Source: Nitrospira sp.
GTDB taxonomy: Bacteria > Nitrospirota > Nitrospiria > Nitrospirales > Nitrospiraceae
Assembly: GCA_047150005.1 (NCBI GenBank)
Contig: AP038806.1
Span: forward strand, 128,001 to 192,000
Direction: 5' to 3'
Length of the DNA: 64,000 bases
Part shown: positions 51,176-61,075 of the stretch, piece after piece
Layout: every line of letters begins with the position of its first letter
Numbering within the stretch: the stretch's first letter is position 1
The notes under the pieces: generated by a model
What the model was told of the DNA's origin: nothing
Databases searched by the model: none
The model's input: the letters and a program-made list of their open reading frames with translations, nothing else
Translations under genes and position numbers: made by a program

Positions 51176-51576
51176 TTTCTAAGTCGCCTTTTCAAGACAG
51201 CGCTATGGGGTTTAGGCAATTCGGCTGGTCCCGCGCGATGCAGTGAACAACTCCCCATTCTCATTGTAACCCCCAAGCCATCGGAGTGGCTGGACCCAGG
51301 GGAACAGGATTGCGCATCTTGGATTCGATCTCCTTCTGAGTGTATGCGCCATAGCGTTCTTCAGCCATCTTGCTTCCTGTTGATCGAGTCATTCGCCGGA
51401 CTTTCGATCATGTCCACTTCTACCAACTTGCCATTCACGATGGCCTCTGATTGTGTCGCGCTAATAGCGGTAGACGTGAAATACGTATAGGGCAGATACG
51501 ACTCTTCAATGTGGAAGAAAAAGAAGTGAACGATGTGGACAGTTCAGTTCAACCTGAGAAGGCGCACATTTGTTTC

Positions 51577-52824
51577 TCATATCGCACATTCTTCATTGAG
51601 AGTTTGTCCCTTGTTATCATTAGAATCCGGGTTTCCATTTTTTAACTTGGTCGATATAACTTCACGATATGCCTGAAGTAACTTCAACCCGGCTACATTC
51701 CATGTGATTCCTGGTGCCGTACTCAATCCCTTGGCACGCAGCCTATCCAAAAGCGCGCGATCTTCATGGATCATGGTAATGTGACTTGTAAGGGTCTTAA
51801 CATCCCCGACATGATGCACCAATGCATTTTCCATATGCCGGCAAATGTCTGTACAAGCGTCGGAAACCAGGGGTACACACCCACTTCCCATCGCTTCCGT
51901 GCAGACCAATCCGAATCCTTCCTCTATGCTGGGTAAAACCAAAATATCACTTTTTCTCATCAGTTCCGGAACGTCGGTTCGATGTCCTAGAACCTGGACG
52001 CTGGGATGATTCAGCATCGGGGCTAATTTTTCGTAGTAGGTAGTAACAAAGTCTCCTGCAATTAAGAACGTGCCGTTTTGAGAGGCTGGGGAGTTCAACC
52101 ACGCCTCTAGAGCATAGTGTAAGCCCTTTCTCACTGCGCACACACCGACAGAGATCATAGTCAATCCCCGGTCTCTCGGTCGCGCTTCTTTGTCGGGATA
52201 AAAACACTTCTCATCATACCCATATATATGCCGGACGAGCTTTTTGCGTTTAAATCCTTGGTCAAGAAAGGTTTGCACTACAAACTCAGATGGACACAAG
52301 AGAGAATCGGTCAATTCATACTCAATTTCCTCCTTGGCAAGGACATCTGCTTTATAGGCGTGCTCATGGTCAGGCGGCAAGCTCACTCCCAAGCGATTGC
52401 ATTCTTGTTGCACGACCTCATAGGCGAATCGGGTATGTGCATTGGGTCTTTCCAGAACAGTGGGGATGCCCAACATCGCAGCGGTTCTTAACGTGCGCAA
52501 TGCGCCTAGTGGCCAGGTATGGATGATATCGATCTGCCCTGCGAGTTTCTCAATTCTACGAGATACAATGTAGTCGTGGAGTGCAAAAGCTCGCATAGAC
52601 CCCAATAGTCTGTAGGGGATTCGAAACCTCCCCCGGGCAAGGGTCGGTTGAACTCTGACATTGGCCGGTACTCGTCTGCTAAGGGCGCCAGGACAAACCA
52701 ACACATCAGCTCCTGCCGCGGCAAGACCATTCACCTGTTGCCAGGCTGTATAACAGATCCTGTCAGCTCCCAGCTTATGTGGAAAGCTGTACAGTACCCT
52801 AATTTGTCCGCCACTGAGATTCAT
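51577..52824 (-). CDS. Glycosyltransferase family 4
   Basis: RKG, LPSIEEGFGLVCTEAMGSG. Confidence 0.92.
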   Translation of the reverse strand: MNLSGGQIRVLYSFPHKLGADRICYTAWQQVNGLAAAGADVLVCPGALSRRVPANVRVQPTLARGRFRIPYRLLGSMRAFALHDYIVSRRIEKLAGQIDIIHTWPLGALRTLRTAAMLGIPTVLERPNAHTRFAYEVVQQECNRLGVSLPPDHEHAYKADVLAKEEIEYELTDSLLCPSEFVVQTFLDQGFKRKKLVRHIYGYDEKCFYPDKEARPRDRGLTMISVGVCAVRKGLHYALEAWLNSPASQNGTFLIAGDFVTTYYEKLAPMLNHPSVQVLGHRTDVPELMRKSDILVLPSIEEGFGLVCTEAMGSGCVPLVSDACTDICRHMENALVHHVGDVKTLTSHITMIHEDRALLDRLRAKGLSTAPGITWNVAGLKLLQAYREVISTKLKNGNPDSNDNKGQTLNEECAI

Positions 52825-52873
52825 ACGCCTTCCCCATTACTCTGCTTGACAGGAACCACAGTTGGAGCGATTT

Positions 52874-53857
52874 CTATGCTCCCTCAATAACCTTACGCAA
52901 CGTCGACATCGCCAGGCTATTGTCGAAATCGAACCCTACTCTTAGATCTTCTATGTTTTGAACGGCCCTTTCCAATTCGTCAGTATTTCTTACTACTTTC
53001 GTATAACCCCGCCTTTCAAGCTCATAATGCAAATCTTCCTCCATATCGCGGGGAGTTGGAAGCTCACGATATCGGTATTCCCTCGGCATCACGATAAACC
53101 TCGTCTGATATCTGAGACACAGGGTGCCGATACCAGCACTCGCCTGATTGATGACATATTTTGCATTTAAAATGAGCTCGGCAATCTTTCCGGGAGAACA
53201 AAACTCAAACACCTCGGCATAACTGGATTTGTATTTCGTATGCCCCGCTTGAATAATGACCCTGTCTTTTATGAGTCCTTTTTCCACCAACTCTTCAACC
53301 CCTTGTAGTAATCTCGCAAAGGGTTCTTCCCTCGTCCCTACAGAGACAAATACATAGTCGGTGTTTTTGGGTTTGATAAATTCCGTTTGGCGCTTCAATA
53401 CTGGCCCGATATAAATCGCATTTGTGTTTCGGCGATCTTCCCATTGCGTGTAAATCTTATTCCCGGTTTTGAGCAAAAATGTTGCGAATAGGGAACGAGA
53501 GTTCACTCTGGAATAGGTCTCAATACAAATGAATTGTCTCCCCAATAGACGGGAGAGTAGAAATGGAACGAATGCAGTCCGGCCCGATCCGGTCGAGATC
53601 ACATGGGTTGGCTTTTCCCTAGCAAATATTTTTAACAGCGGTCTGACCTGACGCAAATAGGTCCAAGGCTTCTTAAAGTGCCCCATTTCTATGTAATATG
53701 CCGATTCTTGCCTCAGTGGACTCTCCGTCTGTTTACTTCTATTAGTGATCCAGAAATGGTTATACCGATTGTACAAATCGGATAGGTTAGTCATCTGCTC
53801 AAAATGCCCGCCGGTGGTACAAACCAAAGCGATCTTAATCTTTTCGTTTGTACCCAT
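52874..53857 (-). CDS. Fused Alg14/Alg13-like (PssD/PssE, CpsF/CpsG) glycosyltransferase
   Basis: TTGGHF, ISTGSG, IETYSR, TQW then VFVSVGT, FARL, IQAG, IVMPR. Confidence 0.85.
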   Translation of the reverse strand: MGTNEKIKIALVCTTGGHFEQMTNLSDLYNRYNHFWITNRSKQTESPLRQESAYYIEMGHFKKPWTYLRQVRPLLKIFAREKPTHVISTGSGRTAFVPFLLSRLLGRQFICIETYSRVNSRSLFATFLLKTGNKIYTQWEDRRNTNAIYIGPVLKRQTEFIKPKNTDYVFVSVGTREEPFARLLQGVEELVEKGLIKDRVIIQAGHTKYKSSYAEVFEFCSPGKIAELILNAKYVINQASAGIGTLCLRYQTRFIVMPREYRYRELPTPRDMEEDLHYELERRGYTKVVRNTDELERAVQNIEDLRVGFDFDNSLAMSTLRKVIEGA

Positions 53858-53866
53858 TATTTCCTC

Positions 53867-53975
53867 TCACCTTCCCCCTGAAAACTAGACCATTGGCGCG
53901 GAAGGTTGCTTGTGCTGAAATGGGCCGCAAAGGAGGGGGCAAGACACGCAAACCGCACACGGAGGAGAAACAATC
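53867..53975 (+). pseudogene. Left-end stub of an IS related to the 46509-48974 element
   Basis: ACCTTCCCCCTGAAAACTAGACCATTGGC shared with the 48974 end; orfA start decayed. Confidence 0.85.
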
Positions 53976-54981
53976 ACCAAATCGTACTTTTGATCTGAAA
54001 TTTGTTCTTTACTACTGTGAACAATTTATGAAGGGCGACCTTCGGATTGTGCATCTCATCAATAATCTCATCAATAGCGCCTTTCAGCACTTTTCTCCAC
54101 GGAAAAGGGTATCCAAGTTCCCTGAGCCCGGACGCGTGGAATCTCCAAAATTCCAGGCCAGCCAGATTCAATAGGTATCCACCTAGGTGCCTCCAGTACG
54201 TTGTCAATGCCTCCTTCTTAAGCATTGTGAATTCATTTTCGCCAAAATAGATCGGTCCATATTGCAATGTCTTATCCAAATCTCTGAACTCACCCATGCC
54301 GAGTTGTTTTATTCTTGCGCCCACTGATTCATGGTGACTACGTTCTGTGGAAAGGATCTCGTGCACAAATCCATAGTCACAATATTGCAGATACTTGTAT
54401 ACCGCGCTTGTATCCGCGTATGGCCGCAAATGAGGAAAGAAAGGGATGTTCTTTCTGATCAAATCTGATCGATAGAGGCTACTCGTGGTGCCTCCAAAAA
54501 CGTCCAACATATTGAGAATGCCTAATCGGCACACTTCGCGTCCTGAAATAGTCTCTACGTTGGGTGGTAGCCCCTTCCATTTCACGATGTTAGTACTCGT
54601 AAGCTGGTAACTTCCCACAATGCCCACCGAGGGATGAGCTTCTGCCAATCTGACCATTTTGCTCAAGCACTCAGGATAAAGCCAATCATCCGCTGAAACC
54701 ACTTTGCAATATTTACTCTCTTCTGAAATAAGTCGAAACGCTATGTTGTGATTTTCTATGACTCCAACGAATTGATGATTACTCACCACTTTGATTCGTT
54801 TATCCTTACCAGCATGGTGTTGTGCAATTTCAAGAGTATTGTCGGTGCTGCAATTGTTGACGATGACGTAGTCCCAATTCTGGTATGTCTGGGCCAATAC
54901 GCTTTCGATGCACACCGCAAGATACTTTTCTCCGTTGTAGACGGGAGTAACAACAGAGACAAGCGGGTCCTGCATAGTCAT
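53974..54981 (-). CDS. Glycosyltransferase family 2
   Basis: SVVTPVYNGEKYL, NCSTD, SADD. Confidence 0.92.
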   Translation of the reverse strand: MTMQDPLVSVVTPVYNGEKYLAVCIESVLAQTYQNWDYVIVNNCSTDNTLEIAQHHAGKDKRIKVVSNHQFVGVIENHNIAFRLISEESKYCKVVSADDWLYPECLSKMVRLAEAHPSVGIVGSYQLTSTNIVKWKGLPPNVETISGREVCRLGILNMLDVFGGTTSSLYRSDLIRKNIPFFPHLRPYADTSAVYKYLQYCDYGFVHEILSTERSHHESVGARIKQLGMGEFRDLDKTLQYGPIYFGENEFTMLKKEALTTYWRHLGGYLLNLAGLEFWRFHASGLRELGYPFPWRKVLKGAIDEIIDEMHNPKVALHKLFTVVKNKFQIKSTIW

Positions 54982-55019
54982 GATTCACGGTCTTGATACG
55001 TAACGGCTACTGACGACTG

Positions 55020-56501
55020 TTAAGCCCACGAAGACTCTGTGGCAGCATTGACCGGAGGGCTCTTCTTCAAGCTTCGAAGCAGATCCACGTAAATCGCTTT
55101 ATGTCCCATGATGTGCAAGAGCATCCAAATGTACACTATCAGCAGAATACCCCCCCCTGCGACAAGACGTGGGGCAGGAGACAGCGATTGGCCGTAGAAA
55201 TATTGGGCAACGAAGGCAACCAACGCCGCCACAATTGCCGAAAGAAAGGGTGGCCCGGATGCCTTCACGATGTCTCGCAAAGAAATTAATGTGCCATGTG
55301 TGCACCAGACGATATGTGGAACCAACCACAACGTCATGATTGCCGAATACGCGCACGCAACACCGGTGGGACCATAAGGCAATCCTAGGATGTATGCCCC
55401 AATCACTAAGGGAGCGATGACTAGGGCAATTCTCAAGCTTCGCCCCACCAATCCAATAGAATACAGAAACCAGCCAAACGGATTTATCATCGCAAAAACC
55501 AAGATTGTCGGAGTCAATAACTGGAAGATAAAGGCCGCCTCTTTCCACTTTGGCCCAAGGACAAGAAGGATGATGTCATTGGCAAACATTCCACAGGCTA
55601 CTGTAATAGGCAGGGTCAGTGCCAAGAGCATAGAATAGCCCTTCAGGAAGTAAGCTTTTAGACGACCCGGATCGTCCTGAAGCCGTGATAGAGCCGATAA
55701 GGCAACCCCTGCGCTTACTCCATTGATGTTCTCCGTTGGAACATTGATAAGTTGGTAAGCTCTTCCATACATCCCAAGAGCCTCGACTCCCCAGAATCGC
55801 CCGAGGAGGACCTTTTCAAAATTATAGGCAAAATACACGATAAGGGCATTTAGCGTAGCAGTGCCTCCAAACCGCATCATAGATCTGATCCCCACTCCGC
55901 GATGCAGCCCTCCCGGAATCCACGAGGTAGCCAGCCACGAAGAGACGGTGGAGGCAGCCGGCGCTACAATTGCCATGCACACGAGAGCCCAATATCCAAA
56001 ACCAGCGATGGCCATGCCAATTCCGACAGCAGTACTTACCAGCAAGCAAATGATTTCTATTACCGCGGCGGCGGTGAAATGCATTCGACGTTGAAGGAGA
56101 GCCGAATGCTGCACTCCCGCAGCGTTAAAGAGAAATCCGACCCCCAATGCCGCCGTCACCCAGAAAAGGCGGGGCTCCTGATAAAAAGAAACGAGGATCG
56201 GTGCAATCGCTAGCGACAGAAGCCCAAGTATCGCGCCCACGAGCATATTAATCCAAAATAACGTTGAGATCTGCTCGTTGGTGATCGTGGCTCGCTGAAC
56301 GGTGACCACTGAAAGCCCCGCATCTTTGAATAGACTGAACACTCCCGTGACAGCGGTCACCATACCTACTAGCCCGAAGTCTGCAGGTTCAAGGAGTCTG
56401 GCTAATATCATCAGCGAGCCTATGCGAAGGGAGAAAGTCACACATTGGGCACAAATTTTGGCGAAGCCCCCTCGGAGGGTTCGCTCCTTAAGATCCTTCA
56501 T
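55020..56501 (-). CDS. Wzx polysaccharide flippase
   Basis: ILARLLEPADFG, ~12 TM, LGMYGRAYQL. Confidence 0.9.
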   Translation of the reverse strand: MKDLKERTLRGGFAKICAQCVTFSLRIGSLMILARLLEPADFGLVGMVTAVTGVFSLFKDAGLSVVTVQRATITNEQISTLFWINMLVGAILGLLSLAIAPILVSFYQEPRLFWVTAALGVGFLFNAAGVQHSALLQRRMHFTAAAVIEIICLLVSTAVGIGMAIAGFGYWALVCMAIVAPAASTVSSWLATSWIPGGLHRGVGIRSMMRFGGTATLNALIVYFAYNFEKVLLGRFWGVEALGMYGRAYQLINVPTENINGVSAGVALSALSRLQDDPGRLKAYFLKGYSMLLALTLPITVACGMFANDIILLVLGPKWKEAAFIFQLLTPTILVFAMINPFGWFLYSIGLVGRSLRIALVIAPLVIGAYILGLPYGPTGVACAYSAIMTLWLVPHIVWCTHGTLISLRDIVKASGPPFLSAIVAALVAFVAQYFYGQSLSPAPRLVAGGGILLIVYIWMLLHIMGHKAIYVDLLRSLKKSPPVNAATESSWA

Positions 56502-56539
56502 GGGGAGATCAAACTGCCTGTGGAAACGGTGCCCGGAAG

Positions 56540-58264
56540 TTATTTCGTCTTTTTAGGGTGGGGTGTAAGCTGTGCCGGAGAGCGTGTTATTAGAATGACC
56601 GAGTCTGCTCCTTCTTCTGCTGAGGCCGAGGTCCACACTGGACCCGATACATTCTGAGATGCGGAATATTCCCCAGTCCGCGGGTTAAACCATTTGACCT
56701 CATACTGCCCTGGATCAAGCCGCACAGTTACATCGCCCCCGTGTGGCAAATAAACGACATATTGGCGACCTGGCTCCGCAAGACAGAATGCTCCCCGATT
56801 CACCAGTTCATCGTGAGGGTTGGCTTTCCACCACTCGAAGCTCGTAAAGAAGTGCACCATGTGGGCATGTCCATTCAGGAGCTTCATTGTATTATCGCCG
56901 CGCCCGTTCACCCAGCCCCCACCGCTATCCGGGCTCATCCCAGTTCCTCGCTTCGCTGTTTCGCCCGTGGTTTGGTAGCCTCCGGCCATCGCGATCTCCC
57001 ATGCAACACGCCTGTTTGCCTCAGCCGAGGCAGCCGGAGCTTTGTAAGGGGCCCAATCAGGGTAATGATCCTCATACCCGTATTCCTCATTCACTTGTGG
57101 AATGATCCGTCCAGTCGCAGTCTGCTTCATACGTTGTTCTAACATCCACGCATGAATCGGCCGCTCCCAATGCTGAAAGCTCGTCATCCTAAACCAGCCT
57201 GAACTCCTGTCTTGATGGCGGTTGTCGATAGGATGACTAGTAGCCACATGATGATAGGGGTCCATTTCATACAGGAACTTTCCTGTCTCATGCGTCCATA
57301 CTTCACTTCGAAACCCATCCACATCGTCTCCTAAATCCCAAGTCAGATTGGAATAGGCCCCTAGTCTGGCAACGGCATAGCGTATGTATCGTCGTTCATC
57401 TTCCGAGCCTGAGATCGGATGGATAGGCGTATCATTCCATCCCAATATGACTGAGACAATAATGTTTTTCTCGCGTGCAAATTTCAGCATTCGTTCGAAT
57501 TTCCGCCAGTAATCAACGTTAAAACGAGTATAATCAAACCCTGGTTTAGCAATATCGTCCGGCCTTTTCGCAACCCATGGATTGAGGTGGCCACGAAAAC
57601 CTCTGCCAGGCTTGATGGGCTCGTTCCAGAAATGATCCGTTCTCCCATCCAATAGGACCCGTACACGGTTGACCTCCAAATCGTGAAAGCGACTCAGACT
57701 TTCATCGATGACCTTTTCATCTTCCCAGCCCATCAGTAGAAAAGCCGTCGTTCCATTCAAAAAGTAATGCTCGCCCGTCCCATTCCAGATGAAATGCCAC
57801 GGATACTCAGGATCCACGTCGATCATCCCACGACGCCCACCATGAACTGCTTTAAAGTTGCCAGAATGCACACGTTGCAGATTATCCTGCCAGTAGGTCA
57901 CTGTGTAGCCGTACTCCCCAGGCTCTACCGGCATAAAGCGAACACGAAAAACTGTGCCGTCGTGTGAATCGCAGAATCCTTCTACAGTTACGTTTCCGGC
58001 CTGGTGATTGTTCTTCTTTAACGTCCCGGTGACGAAAACATCCTTAAACGGATTTTTCGCAGTAGAACTTGCGACATTTATTTGAATATCCACAAAATCA
58101 TGTACCTCGATCAAGTCGGCTGATTGGGAAAATGCAATGTCAGGGAGAGATTCAACTTGTACTTTTTCAGAAACATCTGCCGATGGGTTCGAGCAGCTAC
58201 AATAGAAGCTGCCAAGTATGAGGAGCACAATGTATCGAAGGTTCCGAGACAAGCGAATTGTCAT
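56540..58264 (-). CDS. DUF5060/DUF4038 (apiosidase-like) putative glycoside hydrolase, exported
   Basis: RVRFMP..PGEY.Y, YAVARLGAY.N..W, EEYGYE, C-terminal WFNPRTG domain. Confidence 0.7.
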   Translation of the reverse strand: MTIRLSRNLRYIVLLILGSFYCSCSNPSADVSEKVQVESLPDIAFSQSADLIEVHDFVDIQINVASSTAKNPFKDVFVTGTLKKNNHQAGNVTVEGFCDSHDGTVFRVRFMPVEPGEYGYTVTYWQDNLQRVHSGNFKAVHGGRRGMIDVDPEYPWHFIWNGTGEHYFLNGTTAFLLMGWEDEKVIDESLSRFHDLEVNRVRVLLDGRTDHFWNEPIKPGRGFRGHLNPWVAKRPDDIAKPGFDYTRFNVDYWRKFERMLKFAREKNIIVSVILGWNDTPIHPISGSEDERRYIRYAVARLGAYSNLTWDLGDDVDGFRSEVWTHETGKFLYEMDPYHHVATSHPIDNRHQDRSSGWFRMTSFQHWERPIHAWMLEQRMKQTATGRIIPQVNEEYGYEDHYPDWAPYKAPAASAEANRRVAWEIAMAGGYQTTGETAKRGTGMSPDSGGGWVNGRGDNTMKLLNGHAHMVHFFTSFEWWKANPHDELVNRGAFCLAEPGRQYVVYLPHGGDVTVRLDPGQYEVKWFNPRTGEYSASQNVSGPVWTSASAEEGADSVILITRSPAQLTPHPKKTK

Positions 58265-59379
58265 AAGATCATTCTCAACGACACCGACGCTTTTTGATGG
58301 TGAGAAGCTTTGTCCGTCCTCAATTCGGGAGTGCGGCGAGCATCTTCCGATAGTCTTTCGAGCCAAATTTCGCGCCACCAAGCATAAATGCTTCTTGGGC
58401 AAAGCATCCGGCATTCGCTATAGCGTGACCGGCACCAAACCCCCTCTAGGATGATGGAATCGTTCTTCAGTGTTATAAGTTTACCGGTCTTTTCGTCGAT
58501 AAACTTGGACAATCGGCTCTTAACGCGATATGTGCCACCACAATAGGGGACGGCCTCGGCATCGAAACTGAGACCCCGATTTTTGTTCTCTGTATTGAGC
58601 GTTGCAAGAATTTCTTTATAGGGCTTCACCCGGACAAGTTCCCCTGGCTGGAGATTTAGCGTGCACGTCGGAGAGGGTTGATCGACAGGGATGGTTCCCG
58701 ATCTTCTGGGGTATGGAACACCGCCCAGGACAGTTTGGAATCTGTCATACAGCCAACGAAGCGGACGACCTAACTTAATCCCGGCATTAATTAGATAATT
58801 GCACACTACGTAGGTAAGCCCACTGAGGAGTCGTCCCATCGTCACATTTCCAGACGTGTAATCCTCCAGATATTGGCGAATGTCCCACCAGGGTAGATCG
58901 GTGGTAAAACGTGGTAATTCCGTTGCCTGACAGATATACCTCCGCTCATCACTACTATCTGGTTCTTTCTTGTGTGTTCCCGCCCATACAACTGCCTCTG
59001 CAGGCGAAGCTGCGGTAGAGGATTGGATAGTATGTAATGGCGGTCTATCTGACGATTCTCCATCAGTTGTCCTCGTTTTGGAAACCGGGTTCAGCCATGC
59101 TTCTTTCCAAAATATCAAGCAGGCGGCCTGGCATCCACCATACGCCTCTCCGTCACACCGAAGGTCCAAGTGAACAGCATTGGTGACCCGTGCTCCTCTG
59201 ATTGGATTTACGGTATCACAGGTCTTGTGCGCTCGCTTGTACACCCTAAATCTTTGTCCACAGTATTGAAACATCTGCGGCATGAAAGGCATCCCTTCCA
59301 ATTGCCCTTTCTTATTAAGCGAGCGCAGGATGTCCTGTTTACTCCTGATCTCTACCCAATCACCGACTCTGAATTTCAT
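58261..59379 (-). CDS. Conserved hypothetical Cys-rich protein with internal duplication
   Basis: Two repeats G..V....S/P..EIL.TL...G..F......YCG...C...C...W.E.WL. Confidence 0.75.
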   Translation of the reverse strand: MKFRVGDWVEIRSKQDILRSLNKKGQLEGMPFMPQMFQYCGQRFRVYKRAHKTCDTVNPIRGARVTNAVHLDLRCDGEAYGGCQAACLIFWKEAWLNPVSKTRTTDGESSDRPPLHTIQSSTAASPAEAVVWAGTHKKEPDSSDERRYICQATELPRFTTDLPWWDIRQYLEDYTSGNVTMGRLLSGLTYVVCNYLINAGIKLGRPLRWLYDRFQTVLGGVPYPRRSGTIPVDQPSPTCTLNLQPGELVRVKPYKEILATLNTENKNRGLSFDAEAVPYCGGTYRVKSRLSKFIDEKTGKLITLKNDSIILEGVWCRSRYSECRMLCPRSIYAWWREIWLERLSEDARRTPELRTDKASHHQKASVSLRMIL

Positions 59380-59413
59380 CTGTCCTCCTTAGAAACGTGA
59401 GGCCGCAGGAGTG

Positions 59414-60100
59414 TCATGTCTTTCTCCCTCCCCATTCAATCGTCTTATCAAGGACGATCTTTCGACAATAAAAGGCCTCGGCGTATTTTTCAGGTGCGTT
59501 CGATTCGATGCCGCGCAGTCGGAGAATTGCGCGGAATGTTTCTTCGGTAAACCAGTGATGAGAACGCTGACTTTGGAAAGCCTCCATCAAGTATTTCATT
59601 TTGTTTGCACACACTTCCTCACTGAGATGAACGAACAGGTTCGGACTTCCAAGGCCTCCATCGTACTTCATGATTTCATACTCAAGAATCCAATGATCCC
59701 GGAAGGTGTTCCACGTCATTTCAGAAATCAGCCGATGATCCTGATGGAGATCGTCTCGAAAATGGGTGAAGATAACATCAGGGCTTATCCTACGCTTAAG
59801 CTCTTCAAAACACGCCTTGATCTCCGAGCCAATATAAGGGAAAAAGCTTTCCTTAAAGTCCCTCACAATAATCTCGTTTTTGACCGCGCCTCTCAGGAAT
59901 AGCCCCGCACTTCTTTCAGCCTCTAACCGTCGCTCCGGAGTTGCTGCAAACACTACCCACCACACCTCTAACTCTTGGTCCTGCTCCAACAGGTTCAAAA
60001 TAGTTCCACCGCACCCGAGCTCAATATCATCGCTATGTGCTCCCAAAAACAGCGCCTTGAGCGGCTCCCTTCTTTTGTGAACGAGCGACAGCCTTTGCAT
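59414..60100 (-). CDS. PIG-L/LmbE family deacetylase
   Basis: GAHSDDIELGCGGT, DLHQDH. Confidence 0.9.
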   Translation of the reverse strand: MQRLSLVHKRREPLKALFLGAHSDDIELGCGGTILNLLEQDQELEVWWVVFAATPERRLEAERSAGLFLRGAVKNEIIVRDFKESFFPYIGSEIKACFEELKRRISPDVIFTHFRDDLHQDHRLISEMTWNTFRDHWILEYEIMKYDGGLGSPNLFVHLSEEVCANKMKYLMEAFQSQRSHHWFTEETFRAILRLRGIESNAPEKYAEAFYCRKIVLDKTIEWGGRKT

Positions 60101-60112
60101 ATGATGGTGATC

Positions 60113-60901
60113 CTACTCTTGGCCGTTGACTTTCCAGACCAGCCAAGGCGCCTTATCCTTTGAAAACAAGTCGTCCAGATACTGCTTGTCCTTAAATGTG
60201 TCCATAGCGACCCAAAATCCTTTGTGTCGGACGGTCATAAGCTTCCGTTTCTCGATAAGTCTTCTGAATGGTTCGTTGACCAACTCTTCACCATTCTTGA
60301 TATATGAAAAGATTGCCTTCCTCAGAATGAAGTACCCGCCGTTAATCCAGATGTCTGAATCTCCGATGTGCTGGATACCCGTCACTTCATCACCATTCTT
60401 CAGAGCCACAACATGAAAACTCTGTGTCGGTTTGACTGAAAGAAATGACACAATCTTGTCCTGGCGTATGAACTCATCTATGTAGCCAGGTAAATAGAGG
60501 TCTGTTAAGCCGTCTGCATAGTTGGCCAGAAAGACTTCATCTTCCCCGACATACTTTTCGACAGCCCGAAGCCTCTGTCCAATATTTGAGCTCAACCCCG
60601 TATCGACGAGCGTAATTTTCCAGTCGCTGATGTCCGAGTTAAGTAATTCCACATCACGTCCGCCATTTGTTAACACAAAATTATTTGAGACACATTCGTC
60701 ATATTGACGAAAATATTTTTTCACCACGTCTGCTTTGTGTCCCAAGCACAAAATGAAATCTTTATGTCCATAGAATGCATAGTATTTCATGATGTGCCAC
60801 AAAATGGGTCGATAGCCGATTTCAACCATCGGTTTGGGAATAGACTCGGAATATTCTCTCAATCTCGTCCCTAAGCCGCCGCAAAACAATACAACTTTCA
60901 T
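60113..60901 (-). CDS. rfbF: Glucose-1-phosphate cytidylyltransferase-like nucleotidyltransferase
   Basis: CGGLGTRLRE, PKPMVEIG.RPILWHIMK, WINGGYF, MDTFKD. Confidence 0.85.
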   Translation of the reverse strand: MKVVLFCGGLGTRLREYSESIPKPMVEIGYRPILWHIMKYYAFYGHKDFILCLGHKADVVKKYFRQYDECVSNNFVLTNGGRDVELLNSDISDWKITLVDTGLSSNIGQRLRAVEKYVGEDEVFLANYADGLTDLYLPGYIDEFIRQDKIVSFLSVKPTQSFHVVALKNGDEVTGIQHIGDSDIWINGGYFILRKAIFSYIKNGEELVNEPFRRLIEKRKLMTVRHKGFWVAMDTFKDKQYLDDLFSKDKAPWLVWKVNGQE

Positions 60902-61075
60902 GATTTGTCCTTTTCTGATGATAGCGAGTGACAGACGCAGTTCATCATGCCCAGTGTCGCTACATCAGACACTCGGAACCACAATACCAGGCAGGGAAGT
61001 GGCTCTATCTTTAAATGATTCGACGCGGGGAAGGAAAAGGAGGATGTCCTTATGAGAGCACGCAGCCCCTTGGAA

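Noticed and set aside
51176..51576. Possible gene remnant between GT4 genes
   Set aside because: No recognisable protein similarity in any frame
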